Assembly (NCBI GenBank): GCA_000320545.1
Contig: ADNK01002608.1
Span: 62,001 to 126,000, forward strand
Reading direction: 5' to 3'
Source of the DNA: Bigelowiella natans CCMP2755
Lineage: Eukaryota; Protista; Cercozoa
DNA: 64,000 bases
Under the pieces are notes generated by a model, which was not told where the DNA came from, searched no databases, and saw only the letters and a list, made by a program, of their open reading frames with translations. A program made the position numbers and the translations under genes. Shown piece after piece: positions 1-11,911 of the stretch. The number at the start of each line of letters is the position of its first letter. Position 1 is the first letter of the stretch.

Positions 1-174
1 AGAAGAAGAGGAAGAAGAAGAAGAAGAAGCACAACAACATCAATCATAATCCTAGACTATTATAAGTACTACTAGTAGTACTATTGCCCAGATCCACATA
101 TTCTTACATGAAACAAAGCTCCTCTTCTCATTCTCTTCTATCTCCTCCTCCTCACCCTTCCACTACTGGCTCAG

Positions 175-634
175 GTACAATGCTACAGCAATCGTGCAGG
201 GTGCTACTTGATGCTGTTTAGGACGGCTGTGGCCTCTGATAATAGACTCATGGTACTATTGTTATTATCACATACTACCTACCTACCTACCTACCTACCT
301 ACCTACTACCACGGAAGGACTACTGCCATAAATAAATGAATACAATCACGACGAAGAAAAAGAAGAAGAAGAAGAAGAAAAAGAAGAAGAAGAAGATCGG
401 AAACATGAACAATAGGACGAGATAAACCTCCATTCCTCCTAGTCTCGTTTTTCCGCTGAGTACTTGACAATATCTCCTCCTCCTCCTCCTCCTCTTCCTT
501 CTTCAACTTATAAGATTCATCAGCTGCGAAGTTGCAGATCTGATTGTTCCACGGCAATAGACATTCTGAACACCGTAAAACATCTGGAGCTTACCGATAA
601 ACAACGACAACTTTGTCTGCTTAAGGTGTACTAC

Positions 635-666
<32 letters not shown>

Positions 667-934
667 GCTGCTACCACCGCTATTGTTTGCTGCTAGTCTG
701 TATTATGTGCCTGGCTTAATCATCATCATCATCATCATCATCATCATTATATTTATGATCGTCAGTGTCACATCAAAAGAGGGCAAGCATACAGTGAACT
801 AGGTGATCTGAAAGATGCTGTAGCTGATTTCCTCGTAGCTGCTCAGAGAATGAAAGGCAATAAGGAAATTGAAATCAAGGTAATAATATGCTACCCGCTG
901 AGTGCCAGAGCAGGAGTAGGGGGTATTCTGATAC

Positions 935-973
<39 letters not shown>

Positions 974-1313
974 TATTACTACTAATAGTATTAAAGCGGA
1001 TACGGAGAAGCTATGTCTGTCTCATATGATGAGATTATACTACAGATTATTTAGTGTAGTACCTCCACACTTTAAATCAAATTTATTATCGTGCGTTTTG
1101 GAGAAGGGGGGGGGGGGGGGGCACTGGTTCTCTCTAAAATGATCTAGTGGTTTGAATTTCTTCTTTTTGTTGTTTCTTTTTTTTCTTCTGTTGCTTCTTC
1201 TTCTGTATCTGAAATGTTAAGAGATAATAGACAGCATGTAATCATCTTTCTTATGCAGCACCAACACCTTGCTTGTTTGCTTATTTCCAAAAGTATAAGA
1301 CACAAACACTCAA

Positions 1314-1354
<41 letters not shown>

Positions 1355-1549
1355 CACGCACACACACACACGCATGCATTCATACACATATTCTCATCAT
1401 GATATAAAGATCCAACGCCTGGGAGAGTTATTGAAGAATGCCGAGAAATCAGATAGTTTGAAGAGAAGCTGTCAACAAGCTTTAAGCAAGGTGTGCATTC
1501 ATTGACTCATTCACCCAACCCTGCATCTTGTTCTTGTTCTTGTACATCA

Positions 1550-1581
<32 letters not shown>

Positions 1582-2009
1582 TATTGGTAGAACAACTTAA
1601 TCGAAGCAAAAAAGCTGTTGGACTTGTTAGTCGGTATCTCTCCTCTTGATCCAAATCTTAGAGTGCAGCGGTATAAACGATGATTCTGATGATTCTGATG
1701 ATGATTCTGATGATGATGATGATGATGATAGTCAAGACCATGTTATTATTGTTGCTGCTGTTGTCATTATGAATCAACAGTACTACCTAGTTAGATCATA
1801 AAACAAACTGAATAAAATAACTGCATACTCCATTCCTAGACCCTTTCCTTCTCCTTCTTCATTTTCTTCTTCTTCATCTTCTTTATACCGCTATTAATCC
1901 TCCTCCTCCTCCTATTCCAGTGCTCATTGTTTGATGAAAACCGGCTATTTCGTGGAGAGTTTATGGGACTCAACAATGGCTCTTGCCACCCTTGACGACA
2001 GAAATCAGG

Positions 2010-2041
<32 letters not shown>

Positions 2042-2073
2042 TTACTACTAGTAGTAGCGGGGAGAATGGGTAA

Positions 2074-2108
<35 letters not shown>

Positions 2109-2484
2109 GATAGATGATATGGATAAGTGTTGTTGTCAGCTCACTGCAAGCTACAAATCGTTGTATATTATCATAATCGTTGTATATGATTATACCGTTG
2201 ACTCGCAGGTTGATTTGGACAGTGAGGAGGAAACATCAATGGCGGAATCGTTAAAAAAGTAGTAGTTAGTTAGTTAGTCAGTCAGAGTTATCAGTTCTTC
2301 TTATGTTGTAAATATATCTCTTTCCTCATGTAAAACAAATAACAGGGTTAGAAATAAGCAGATTCTTCGGTCGCGTATTCTGAGCGTAAGGGCAGGTCAA
2401 TTTAGTTTTCTTCTTCTTCTTCTTCTTCTTCTTCTTCTTCTTTATTTCATCGCAAGCCCCGTAATCTTCATTTCCCCCTTCTCT

Positions 2485-2515
<31 letters not shown>

Positions 2516-3927
2516 AAGGAGGATACGCGGCATTGCACAAGTATGAGAAGGCCAAAGATGTAAACATTATCATCATCATTATCATCATCATCATCATCAC
2601 TGTTATAAAAATCTTATTAAATCAAGTCCTTACACTACGACGACGGCACTATTGTGGTTGTTATGTCGGTTTGTGTGTGCTCTCTGTCTAAACTGAATTA
2701 TTTACCTGATGGTGGTGCTTGTGCTGCTGCAGATAATAATGATAATAATAATAATAATAATAATAATGATGATGATCTACGGTTGGGAGTGATGATGCTC
2801 AAGGATTAGAAATTTTTGTGATGATGATGGTTGGCATTGAGAAAAGAGATGGTTAGAGGGGAGAGAGAGAGAGAGGGAGAGAGAGGAAAAGTAAAAACAG
2901 GAACTATTCTATCATTTGTTTGAATTACGCATAGCCTTCTGGTGCGCTGTTTGTAAGAAGAAACATTTGTTGTTGTTGCTGTTGTTGTTGATCAAGTTGT
3001 TAATGTTGTTATTGTTGTTGTGTAATATAACACCAGGACTACGAATCGGCTCTCGCATTAGTTCCAACTCATCCAGACCTCCAAAAGGCTGTACAAGACG
3101 TTAAAATGCTTATTACTGCACGAAAATTAGGTATGTGGTTGGAGGTGGCCACTAGTGTAAGGGAGATAGATAGATACTATTGTGCTGCAATTAAGAATGG
3201 ACGATGTTGCTTGTTGAAATGCTGCTACTGCATGCTATAGCTGCTGGTCATCTGAATAGTAGTAGAAGTAGTAGTAGAAGTAGTAGTAGTAGCGTGTTCG
3301 TGTAGATGCTCTCTTAAAAATGCTACTTACTACTTACTATATTTACAAATTTGCGCAGTAGTACCATTTACATAACGTATATCTTGATGACCTGTATATT
3401 CACCGAAGTAGCTCTGTCACCACCATCATTATCATCATCATCATTCCAACCTAGCTTCCCCCTCTCCCTACCACTACCACTACTGCTTTTACTGCTACTT
3501 ATTCTACTACTACTAATACTACTTCTATGTCTCCTCCTCCTCCTCCTCCTCCTCCTCCTCCTCCTCCTCCTCACAAAGTCAAGCAATCCAAAGAGCTTTT
3601 CGCAAAGCATAAGTATTTCAAGGTGGTAGTATGAATAATTTCATGTTCTACTGCTCCTATTACTACCACTACTACTGTGACTATATTACTATTACTGATA
3701 GAAGAGGAGAGAAATAGTAACGATGATGACCAGAAAACATACTACGCACACAAACACCTACCCAATTTCATCCCACAAGCAATTTTGTATATGCTACTAC
3801 TGGTACACGTCTATTAGGCTGCCAATATGTTAACGACGTTCTTGAAGAAGATACCGATGCCGCATTTGCACATCAGTATTCTGTGCAACCGCAGTGCGTG
3901 TTATCTCGCCTCTCGAGAGTATGTGAT

Positions 3928-3961
<34 letters not shown>

Positions 3962-4460
3962 TGATGATGATGATTTCGACGACGAAAAAGTGATCATCAC
4001 GAAATGATGACTTTGTTTTTATATTGAGCTGCACTGCACTCAGAGTTTTCTTCTTCTTACTTGTTCTTGTTTTTGTTCTCCTCCTCCTCCTCCTCCTCCC
4101 CCTCTCACTGCGGTCCGACAGATACGATAAGTGTGTGGCTGATTGCACACGTGCTCTCAACTTTTTCCACGCGTTTAAAGAGCAACCACCGCCTGGGTCT
4201 GATATCGATTTTTCCCAAGATGATACACCAAGAACCCTAGGGTGGCTACGTACCTCACACATCCGACGAGGTAAGATCATTATATTCTGTCATCGATCTC
4301 ACTGCTTGCGCTTGCACTCTACTTGTGCTAAAACTCGTAGTAGTAGAAGTAGTAGCAGAATTAGTAGTAGTTGTGGCAAAAGCAAAAGGAGGGAGGAGAT
4401 GGGGGAGAAGGGCATGGGAGAGCATTGAAAAATTATTGAGTTGTAAGCGTTGAAGAAGAT

Positions 4461-4498
<38 letters not shown>

Positions 4499-5028
4499 TA
4501 TCTATGATAATATCAATTATAACATTTCGATGTTAGGATCGGCACTATGCTGGCAGGGCAAACTGGAAGATGGCCTGAAGGATTATCTCATGGCTCTAAC
4601 CCTGCAGAAGAAGATCGAGAAAATACAATTTGTTGCGTCACAATCAGAAGGAGAGGACACAAAAGATGATGATGAGGGGAAAAGAATCGATAGCAGCAAT
4701 CAAAATGGTATTATTGTGGGCTGGGAAGTTGGGTTTGTGTTTTCCTTATTTGCTTTTCTTTATCTCTTGTTCTCTTCTTCTTCTTTTCAACTAGTGCTCG
4801 TTATTTCCTTTATGTCCGTCCTAATGCCTCACCTCACTTAGTCTGCATGACCTTATAGTTGAGCTAATGTATTGTTCTATCGATCGATGTAATAATAACC
4901 CAGGAGAAGATGATTTTACGTATTCCAAAGAAGTAGCGAGCATTCAGCAAGACATCGAACGAATTCGTGCAGAGATAAATGGAAGTAGTGCTGATGATGG
5001 AAATGATGATATCACCGAGATAAGCTAA
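175..5028 (+). CDS. TPR-repeat protein, DNAAF4/DYX1C1-like C-terminal region (multi-exon, 5' part outside window)
   Basis: Spliced exons give TPR motifs CYSNRAGCYL (175-), ILCNRSACYL (~3880), YDKCVADCTRAL (~4122) and HIRRG|SALCWQGKLEDGLKDYLMAL. The last exon reads SIQQDIERIRAEINGS...*, stop TAA 5026-5028. The C-terminus resembles DNAAF4; orthology is not proven. Confidence 0.7.
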
Positions 5029-5553
5029 TAGATGCAGAAGTAGTGAGATATCATTCACAAGAGTCTTCCACTCGACTGGAGAGAAGTTATTATAACTTCT
5101 AAATTGTGGTCTTGTTCATTTGTTTCGAAATAGTTTCTCTGATCAATAGCATTGTGAGTATGGGCCACCATTGTGCATATGCATTCTGTTTCACTGCTGT
5201 GTCTCATTGTGTGTGTTCACTTCTTGAGAACAAGCCAAAATTTCTGCTCGTATACGAACATTTGTAATCAGAGACATTTTAGCATGCGACATTGAACTTC
5301 TATGTAGCCGCCATGGAGGCCATGATGGCCACGGCGTGCTTGCACGCTGTGAACTAGCTAGTTAGGTGTACGTACGTTACGATACAATTACAACAGCGCT
5401 GCATGCATCGTCCACATACTAGACATAGGCCATGCATGACGAGCACGCGCGGTGCCATGATGCATGCTAGCATGATGCATGCCGCTATTGTGCTGTGACC
5501 GTACGATTGATGCATTGCTACATCATTGCCGCTATGACGATCAATCGATGCAT

Positions 5554-5608
5554 CGCTGTAGCCGCTGCATTGCATAGCTACATTAGGATGACAATTGAAA
5601 AAATTTAA
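5554..5608 (+). mobile_element. LINE 3'-end fragment
   Basis: cgctgtagccgctgcattgcatagctacattaggatgacaattgaaaaaatttaa matches 15320-15374 of the full LINE. Confidence 0.85.
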
Positions 5609-5627
5609 ACTTTATACGTATATACAT

Positions 5628-5797
5628 ATGAGACGGATGTAATGAAATATTTAAATTTTTTCAATGGTCATCCTAATGTAGCTGTGCAATGCAGCGGCTA
5701 CAGCGCTTAAATTGTATCTGTTTGTTTCCTTGGTCACATGGCGCATGCATGTGAATGCATCATGTTTTGGTCTAGCATGTCGCGCTTTGCGCGCAGC
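5628..5797 (-). mobile_element. 5'-truncated LINE copy (about 170 bp of 3' end), antisense
   Basis: Reverse complement of 6493-6662 (atgagacggatgtaatgaaatatttaa...ctttgcgcgcagc). Confidence 0.9.
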
Positions 5798-5829
5798 ATG
5801 TGTACATGTACATGTACATGTGTACATGC

Positions 5830-6660
5830 GGCAACATTACCACCACGTCATCGCACACAAGTCCAATGCGCCGCAGCATGGTTGCGCACCAATGCATATG
5901 GGTGGATAAAAATGATGGCAACGGTCACGTGGTTGAAGAAGAAGTGCTCAATTGGAGCTCCTTCGGATGCCATGTTGAAACCTTGCTAGAACACAAATGG
6001 CATGACACAACTAGATCATGGAACAGAGTGTCCTTGTACCGCCGACTCAGTTTGATCACAACCAAATTGCTTGGAGCGGAACACCCCACAACACATGCTA
6101 CAAGCAAGACACTAAAAAAGAAATTGAATGCACGTGGCAAAACGATCATGCGGAACGCTGCATCTAACTTCAAAACAAACTGGTGCAAAGAGGGAACAAA
6201 GGCCATGCCTTTGAAGAAACTTGGATTCATGCCTGGCTCTAGCACAACAGGAATCACATTGAAGCTACCTAGCATTGCCACATCATGGATGCGCGCCATG
6301 GCAACCTTGGAACTTTCTTGCTATCCAGAGGACAACGCACAGAATTGGAAGCAACATGCGACACATGCAACACATTGCAAGACATGGACCACAGCTAGAC
6401 AGAGACTCAGAATCAACAAACAACTGACGGCCATCATGGATCGCAACGATGAAACTACGCGTCTCTCAAACGCAGGAAAATTAGCTCGTGCAGCTGCGCG
6501 CAAAGCACGACATGCTAGACCAAATCACAATGCATTTTCATGCATGCAACATGTGACCAAGGAAACAAACAGATACAATTTAAGCGCTGTAGCCGCTACA
6601 TAGCACAGCTACATTAGGATGACCATTGAAAAAAATTAAATATTTCATTACATCCGTCTC

Positions 6661-6662
<2 letters not shown>
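5830..6662 (+). mobile_element. 5'-truncated, frameshifted LINE copy (related subfamily)
   Basis: Translates to TLPPRHRTQVQCAAAWLRTNA, LKLPSIATSWMRA and ETNRYNLSAVAA, homologous to the ORF2 C-terminus at 14530-15374. Ends catccgtctcat followed by (TA)n. Confidence 0.92.
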
Positions 6663-6702
<40 letters not shown>

Positions 6703-6879
6703 TACTATGTAAACTATGCATTCATCGAGCTAGATTATTTGCCTTGATAATGTGTTCAAATTTAGCATTTTATCCAAATGCGGGCTTATTGACGAACGAA
6801 GCTACTAGTGTCCATCATTTGTGCGCATGTCTGACACGCTTTTCTAACTTTCAAGTTGGGGGCCGCCTGGTAGATACGA

Positions 6880-7737
6880 CTAGCCAGTACATGATTCAGA
6901 TGCTTGGGAGAGGATAAGAGCCACGATTAGTCCGTAAAGCCCAAGGGCTTCGGCAAAGATTAGAATGAGAATTAAACCTACGAATAGATTTTCATTCTGT
7001 CCAACGGCACGTACACCGGCATCACCAACGATGCCAATGGCTATGCCAGCTGCTAGGCCACTAAGTCCACAACAGAGCCCCGCCGTCAGGTGAGCGTATC
7101 CATCATAAGCAGAATAACTATCCTTGGAAACTGAATATAAAACGCAAAGTGATAGTACACAAAAGAAATTAGTTCAAATTTCCTACATTTGTAGTACAAA
7201 ATGTTAGTATGTTATCAAACTGTTACCGCTTTGAGTAATAATCACAGCTACGATGAGGCCGTAAATTCCCAAGACCCCCGCCATAACCACAGGGATAATG
7301 TTTTTCATTACCAACTCCGGCTTCAAAGTTCCCAAGGATGCAATTCCTACCCCACTCTTAGCCGTGCCGTATGCAGCGCCGATATCTAGTAGAAGCAATT
7401 GAATTTTTGAGCACAGAACAGATGTAGAACAATGATATATTGTCTTTGTTTTTATACGATGATTGTTCAATTCGATACTATGTCTCATGAGATGTTCATT
7501 TTTCAACTCCCACTTTTCTTTATTATGTGTAGCTCAAGAAAAAGAGAAATGAATTGCTAGAAGGCTTTGGTACTAGCTCTTCTCAGCGTGGATGTAATGT
7601 TGTCGCTATTTAACCAGAAAATCAGAAAATAAAAGTTATGGTGTTTTACTCGCAAATATCATCGCGGCTGCGACTCCCCCAAAGCCAAAGAATGAGGCAG
7701 TCTTGGAGCAGGCAAACGCCAACAGTACGGGCACCAT
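6880..7737 (-). CDS. ATP6V0C: V-type H+-ATPase 16 kDa proteolipid subunit c
   Basis: Exons [29 protein letters not shown] / [14 protein letters not shown]...[21 protein letters not shown] / [17 protein letters not shown]...GDAGVRA...[20 protein letters not shown]. The proton-binding Glu is present. Confidence 0.97.
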
Positions 7738-8521
7738 TTTCTGTGGATCTGTAATTCCAGAAGATTAATCACTAGTGCAGAAACCAAAAACAGGTGCAAT
7801 TCATTCCTCTTTCGGTAAATAAGCCTTTGCTATCATGTCTTAAGTATAAAATAGAAAGAGTTATTATCTTCCTTGCTGTATACCTTAGTCTTGAAAATAT
7901 GATTTTGTCAGATCTCAGCAATAACATTCGCATTTGATATCTCTATTCTTTCACTATATACCTATTAAATTATTAAACGACAAGATGTATTTCGTGTCTT
8001 TATTATTATTACGTTCTGCTGCATGTTGGAAAGCTTCGAAATCTTGCGCAAATGTGGTAGAACTTTTCCTTCTTTGCTGAATTTAGCGATATACGACAAT
8101 CATTTTCCCTTTCATTTAAGAATAAAAAGCCCCCGTAAGCCTTTCGTTTGCACACTTTGAGTCGATTCGTTTCAAATACTGCTGATTGCCGAGCGCAAAC
8201 TTCACCCTCGTCATCATAGGCTCTAATCGGAAAAGAATATGTCGGAGGAGACAACTGCGAAAATGAGAATATTCTCCTTGTCGTCTCCAAATAATAACAA
8301 CAAACATTCTGAGAAGCTTCCTAATAATGTGTGTTTCAGGAATTATTTCCGGTTAGGAGAACATTTCAAGCTGATCTCATAGGTCGCAGATATGAATTCG
8401 AGAGATTTTACTGTATTTTTCTGTGGTTACCGATTTTCGGCACGACGACAAGGCCTTGACGTCAAGAACTCATCTCGTATCATACTCATTGCTGAAGCTG
8501 AAGGGGGGGAGGGCCAACAGT

Positions 8522-9178
8522 ATGTCGGTAAGGGCACTATTTCGCATTGATCTGTTATTTTAAAAATATTTTTTTTTTAATTCTTACCTGATGTGGGATG
8601 GGATGATAATTAATTATGGGTGGGGAATTAGAAGGGTTTGGAAGAACGAACCACATAAGAGTATGTTGGCTTTCCTTTACATTTCATCCCTTCGAGCAAA
8701 ATGATCCTGCCACGACCAATGGTCTGAATTACTAATTATAAATCGTCACATGATCTGTAGTTCCTTTACTTTATTCACTTCTGTCCTGTTCTCCAAGTTT
8801 TGCCATAAGCTCGGGATTGAAAATAATTTTTTTTTGTCGTTTTTAGATTCAGGATTATTATGCAGACCTCGATGAGTTGTTCGGAGAAATTAAAGCTGAA
8901 ACAAAGAAAGGAAAAATAGACGAACTGCTCTCTGAAGCGGATGAAATTGTACCTCATAACTCAACCGAAAATCTGCACTTATCACACATCATATTCTTCT
9001 TCGTAATGGTGAAACTTTAGGTTGGTCAGATAAAGATTGAAATAGCTTCTATCACTAATCCGAATGAAAAAAAGGAAGCATTATCAAAGACTTCATCTTA
9101 TGAGAAAAAGGTAGAAGCACCACCGTCTAAGCCTTGTTGTTAACAAACCTATTTATATTTACCGCACCGTCGTATATA

Positions 9179-9224
<46 letters not shown>

Positions 9225-9236
9225 ATACATATTCTG

Positions 9237-9302
<66 letters not shown>

Positions 9303-9893
9303 GCATCATATGTAATCGAGAGTATATAAATTTGTGGATGTATGTGTGTACCATCAGATACAAGCGTATAAGAGAAAAGCTCTACTCGGCCCTCAGGATG
9401 ATAGTGCTGATGGGGGGCAGAAGTTGTCAAGTGTAAGATCCACCAACGCTGCTCGGCAGCCACAGTGAACATGGTTGGAACGTGATTATTTTCTCCTCCC
9501 AGGTTGACAAGTCCAAGCAGGGCTTAGCAAAACTGAACGGCGCGCGGGAGATGCTAGCAGAAACAGAAGAGGTATACAAGAAAAACATTGATGGCGCTGA
9601 TAACGATCATATCTAAGAGGAGAGTGCCTCCTCCCTCCTGTCGGGTTGAGGTATTCTGGTACTAATATTTGGTTTTTATTCAAGGTTGGAACGAAGGTGT
9701 TGTCTGACTTAGCGATACAGAAAGAAGTTATCAAACGATCAACGAAAACGGTCCATACAATGGCTTTCCTCCAAATTACGAAACTTTTTAGGTGAAACAT
9801 TCTTTTTTATTGTTTCAGATGAAGGAAACAAATCAGGAGCTTTCTATGGCACAAAAATTGGCGAATAAGATGAGTAGATGGTGGCGAGCATGA
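8522..9893 (+). CDS. Vti1-like Qb-SNARE (6 exons), no C-terminal TM helix evident
   Basis: ATG TCG|gtaagg at 8522. Exons [16 protein letters not shown]..., [11 protein letters not shown]..., [10 protein letters not shown]|[19 protein letters not shown]|[24 protein letters not shown] form an Habc-like region plus a Qb SNARE motif. Missed by the ORF track. Confidence 0.8.
9178..9300. repeat. (TA)n microsatellites in intron
   Basis: Two long uninterrupted TA tracts, representative of many intronic (TA)n, (CA)n, (GA)n, (TAC)n, (GAT)n, (GAA)n and (GGA)n tracts across the window. Confidence 0.98.
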
Positions 9894-10320
9894 AATTACT
9901 TTTACATTGATGAATACAAAAAAAAGGGTTGCAAGAAAGGGAGTCAATGAAGCTCTCGCATTAATGCACTTATGCATGCGCACGCGCATGCACAAAGCCG
10001 ACTTAGACCTGTCGGCAAGGTCACAATTTGAAATAGTAGCTGCTTTTCGCATACTATCGTTTGATAGCGAAAAAAGGCCGTGCGTGCACGACTAGATGAC
10101 CGAAGATGCGTCGAGCATCGTCAAATAATCGATGCATCGCTTAATGATGCGAGCCTCGCTCTATAGATCCACCACACTAGCACAGCAAGACACAGCAGAG
10201 CACCGGACGTGCAAATTATTGTACGTTTGGATCCACACATCTATATATCTCCAAATCTATAGAGATCTAGCTAGACATGCAAGTCTGGAAATGCTGTGCG
10301 TGTGTGCTAGATTGCGTAAT

Positions 10321-10435
10321 ATGAGACGGATGTAATGAAATATTTAAATGTTTTCAATGGTCATCCTAATGTAGCTGTGCAATGTAGCGGCTACAGCGCT
10401 TAAACTGTATCTGTTTGTTTCCTTGGTCACATGTT
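10321..10435 (-). mobile_element. Left part of a short antisense LINE copy split by the full-length LINE
   Basis: Reverse complement of the LINE 3' end; continues at 15394-15463. Outer 15-bp TSD agattgcgtaatatg at 10309-10323 and 15464-15478. Confidence 0.93.
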
Positions 10436-10480
10436 ATAACGGACTCATAGCCGCGCACAAGTGAAATATTGCCCACCGTG

Positions 10481-11911
10481 ATGATCACGCGCAGCGCGCG
10501 TGGCAACAACAAGCACCAGACACCCAAAAAGGGAAGAAAGCACAAAAAGAACCAACACGCAACGTTGGATCTCGATTCAGAATGCAATGATGACGACTGT
10601 GGCTCTGATAGGAAAAGTCATGATCTGTCTCAATGCCTTCGCGAAGTTACTTCAACACTGTCTGCAACAATGGAACGCAAAGAAACTCCTCAGTGGAACA
10701 CAATGAAAAAATTGTGTGAAATGCTGACCACAATGGTCCAGTTAGTTGATGAGAAACAACAACAATTGCAGCAAGATCAAAAAGACATGCAGGAGGAAAA
10801 CGCTGGGCTTAAAAACAAATTACTGAAACTTGAAGAAGAACTGACTTATATCAAGGAACATCAGAAGAATGGCACAATGGAAGCTCAACCCTCCTCGATG
10901 CAACGGACCTCGAGAACTTACGCTAGTGTCACAACCTCATCACGCGCTGATGAACCTCATGGTCGAGATAAATATCCTGAAGCAGAAGTACAAAGACTAG
11001 CTGAGCGAAAGAATAGCCAGAGTTGGCAAGTTCCAAAAAGTCACGCCAGGAATCAAAGGAAATACAACCGGAAGTATAAACAGAACGTGCTCATATTGGA
11101 ACTTGACAAAAAAGCCATGCTGCAAGCGGGGGGCGCCATTATGGCCTCCGGCGACCCATGTCGCACTGTTCTCACTGGCAAAAAAAAACATGCCAACGAA
11201 CCAACAAGTGAGGAAACAAACACAGCAGATCCGAGGGATGAAAACCGCGACACACTGACAGAAGTTAACACCGAGGAAGAAGAGACTAAATGCCTAGCCG
11301 GAAAGAACGTAGAGGATTTGAACCCATCCAGTGAAAAAAAAGATGTTCCAGATATTGGGAAAAACCTGTCCAAAATAACTCCAAAGTTGATCGATGCACT
11401 AGGATTGAACGAATTCCAAATGCACGTAGCTTTCCAAGCGAAATATGGGAAGGACTTTCAAGGAATCCAATTCAAATCTAGGAATAAAACCCACCTAAAA
11501 GTGTTCTTCAAAGGCTCCAGAGAATCTAAGATGGATGCTTACCTGGATCTGCTTAACACCGAACATCAGTTAGGACAAGGATCATTCCTTCCCTCACTCT
11601 TTGGATTAGTGACCACAGTCAGAGCAGCTAAGTCAAGGCCAAGTAAGCACTCTGTAGTTCTGAGAGGCCCAAGGCTGGGACCTAACGAGCAGGAAAAATC
11701 AACACGAATTGGAATCATCAAGCAGATAATCGAAACCAACATCGATGTAAAAGTCGCAGCAATAGAACCTCTCGGCAAGGGCCCTCTACTTCAGCTGTTT
11801 GTGCACTCGCATGAAGAGGCCACCAAACTGCTGAATTCACAAATCACATATCAGGGCAGCTACCTACGATTCAGGGCATATGAAAACAGAAGGACACGTA
11901 AATATGGTTAA
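10481..11911 (+). CDS. LINE ORF1 (coiled coil plus probable C-terminal RRM-like fold, no CCHC knuckle seen)
   Basis: About 476 aa open frame upstream of ORF2. Coiled coil QQLQQDQKDMQEENAGLKNKLLKLEEEL; SVVLRG...EEATKLLNSQITYQGSYLRFRAY is typical of LINE ORF1 ends. Confidence 0.85.
   Translation: MITRSARGNNKHQTPKKGRKHKKNQHATLDLDSECNDDDCGSDRKSHDLSQCLREVTSTLSATMERKETPQWNTMKKLCEMLTTMVQLVDEKQQQLQQDQKDMQEENAGLKNKLLKLEEELTYIKEHQKNGTMEAQPSSMQRTSRTYASVTTSSRADEPHGRDKYPEAEVQRLAERKNSQSWQVPKSHARNQRKYNRKYKQNVLILELDKKAMLQAGGAIMASGDPCRTVLTGKKKHANEPTSEETNTADPRDENRDTLTEVNTEEEETKCLAGKNVEDLNPSSEKKDVPDIGKNLSKITPKLIDALGLNEFQMHVAFQAKYGKDFQGIQFKSRNKTHLKVFFKGSRESKMDAYLDLLNTEHQLGQGSFLPSLFGLVTTVRAAKSRPSKHSVVLRGPRLGPNEQEKSTRIGIIKQIIETNIDVKVAAIEPLGKGPLLQLFVHSHEEATKLLNSQITYQGSYLRFRAYENRRTRKYG

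Noticed and set aside
5628-6662. TIR DNA transposon/MITE or Penelope-like element
   Set aside because: The inverted arms are LINE 3' ends. There is no transposase or GIY-YIG domain, and at 10309-15478 TSDs show that nesting explains the same layout.
8009-8307. Overlapping minus-strand ORFs between V-ATPase c and Vti1-like genes
   Set aside because: They rely on non-ATG starts, match no family I recognise, and lie in a divergent promoter/UTR region.
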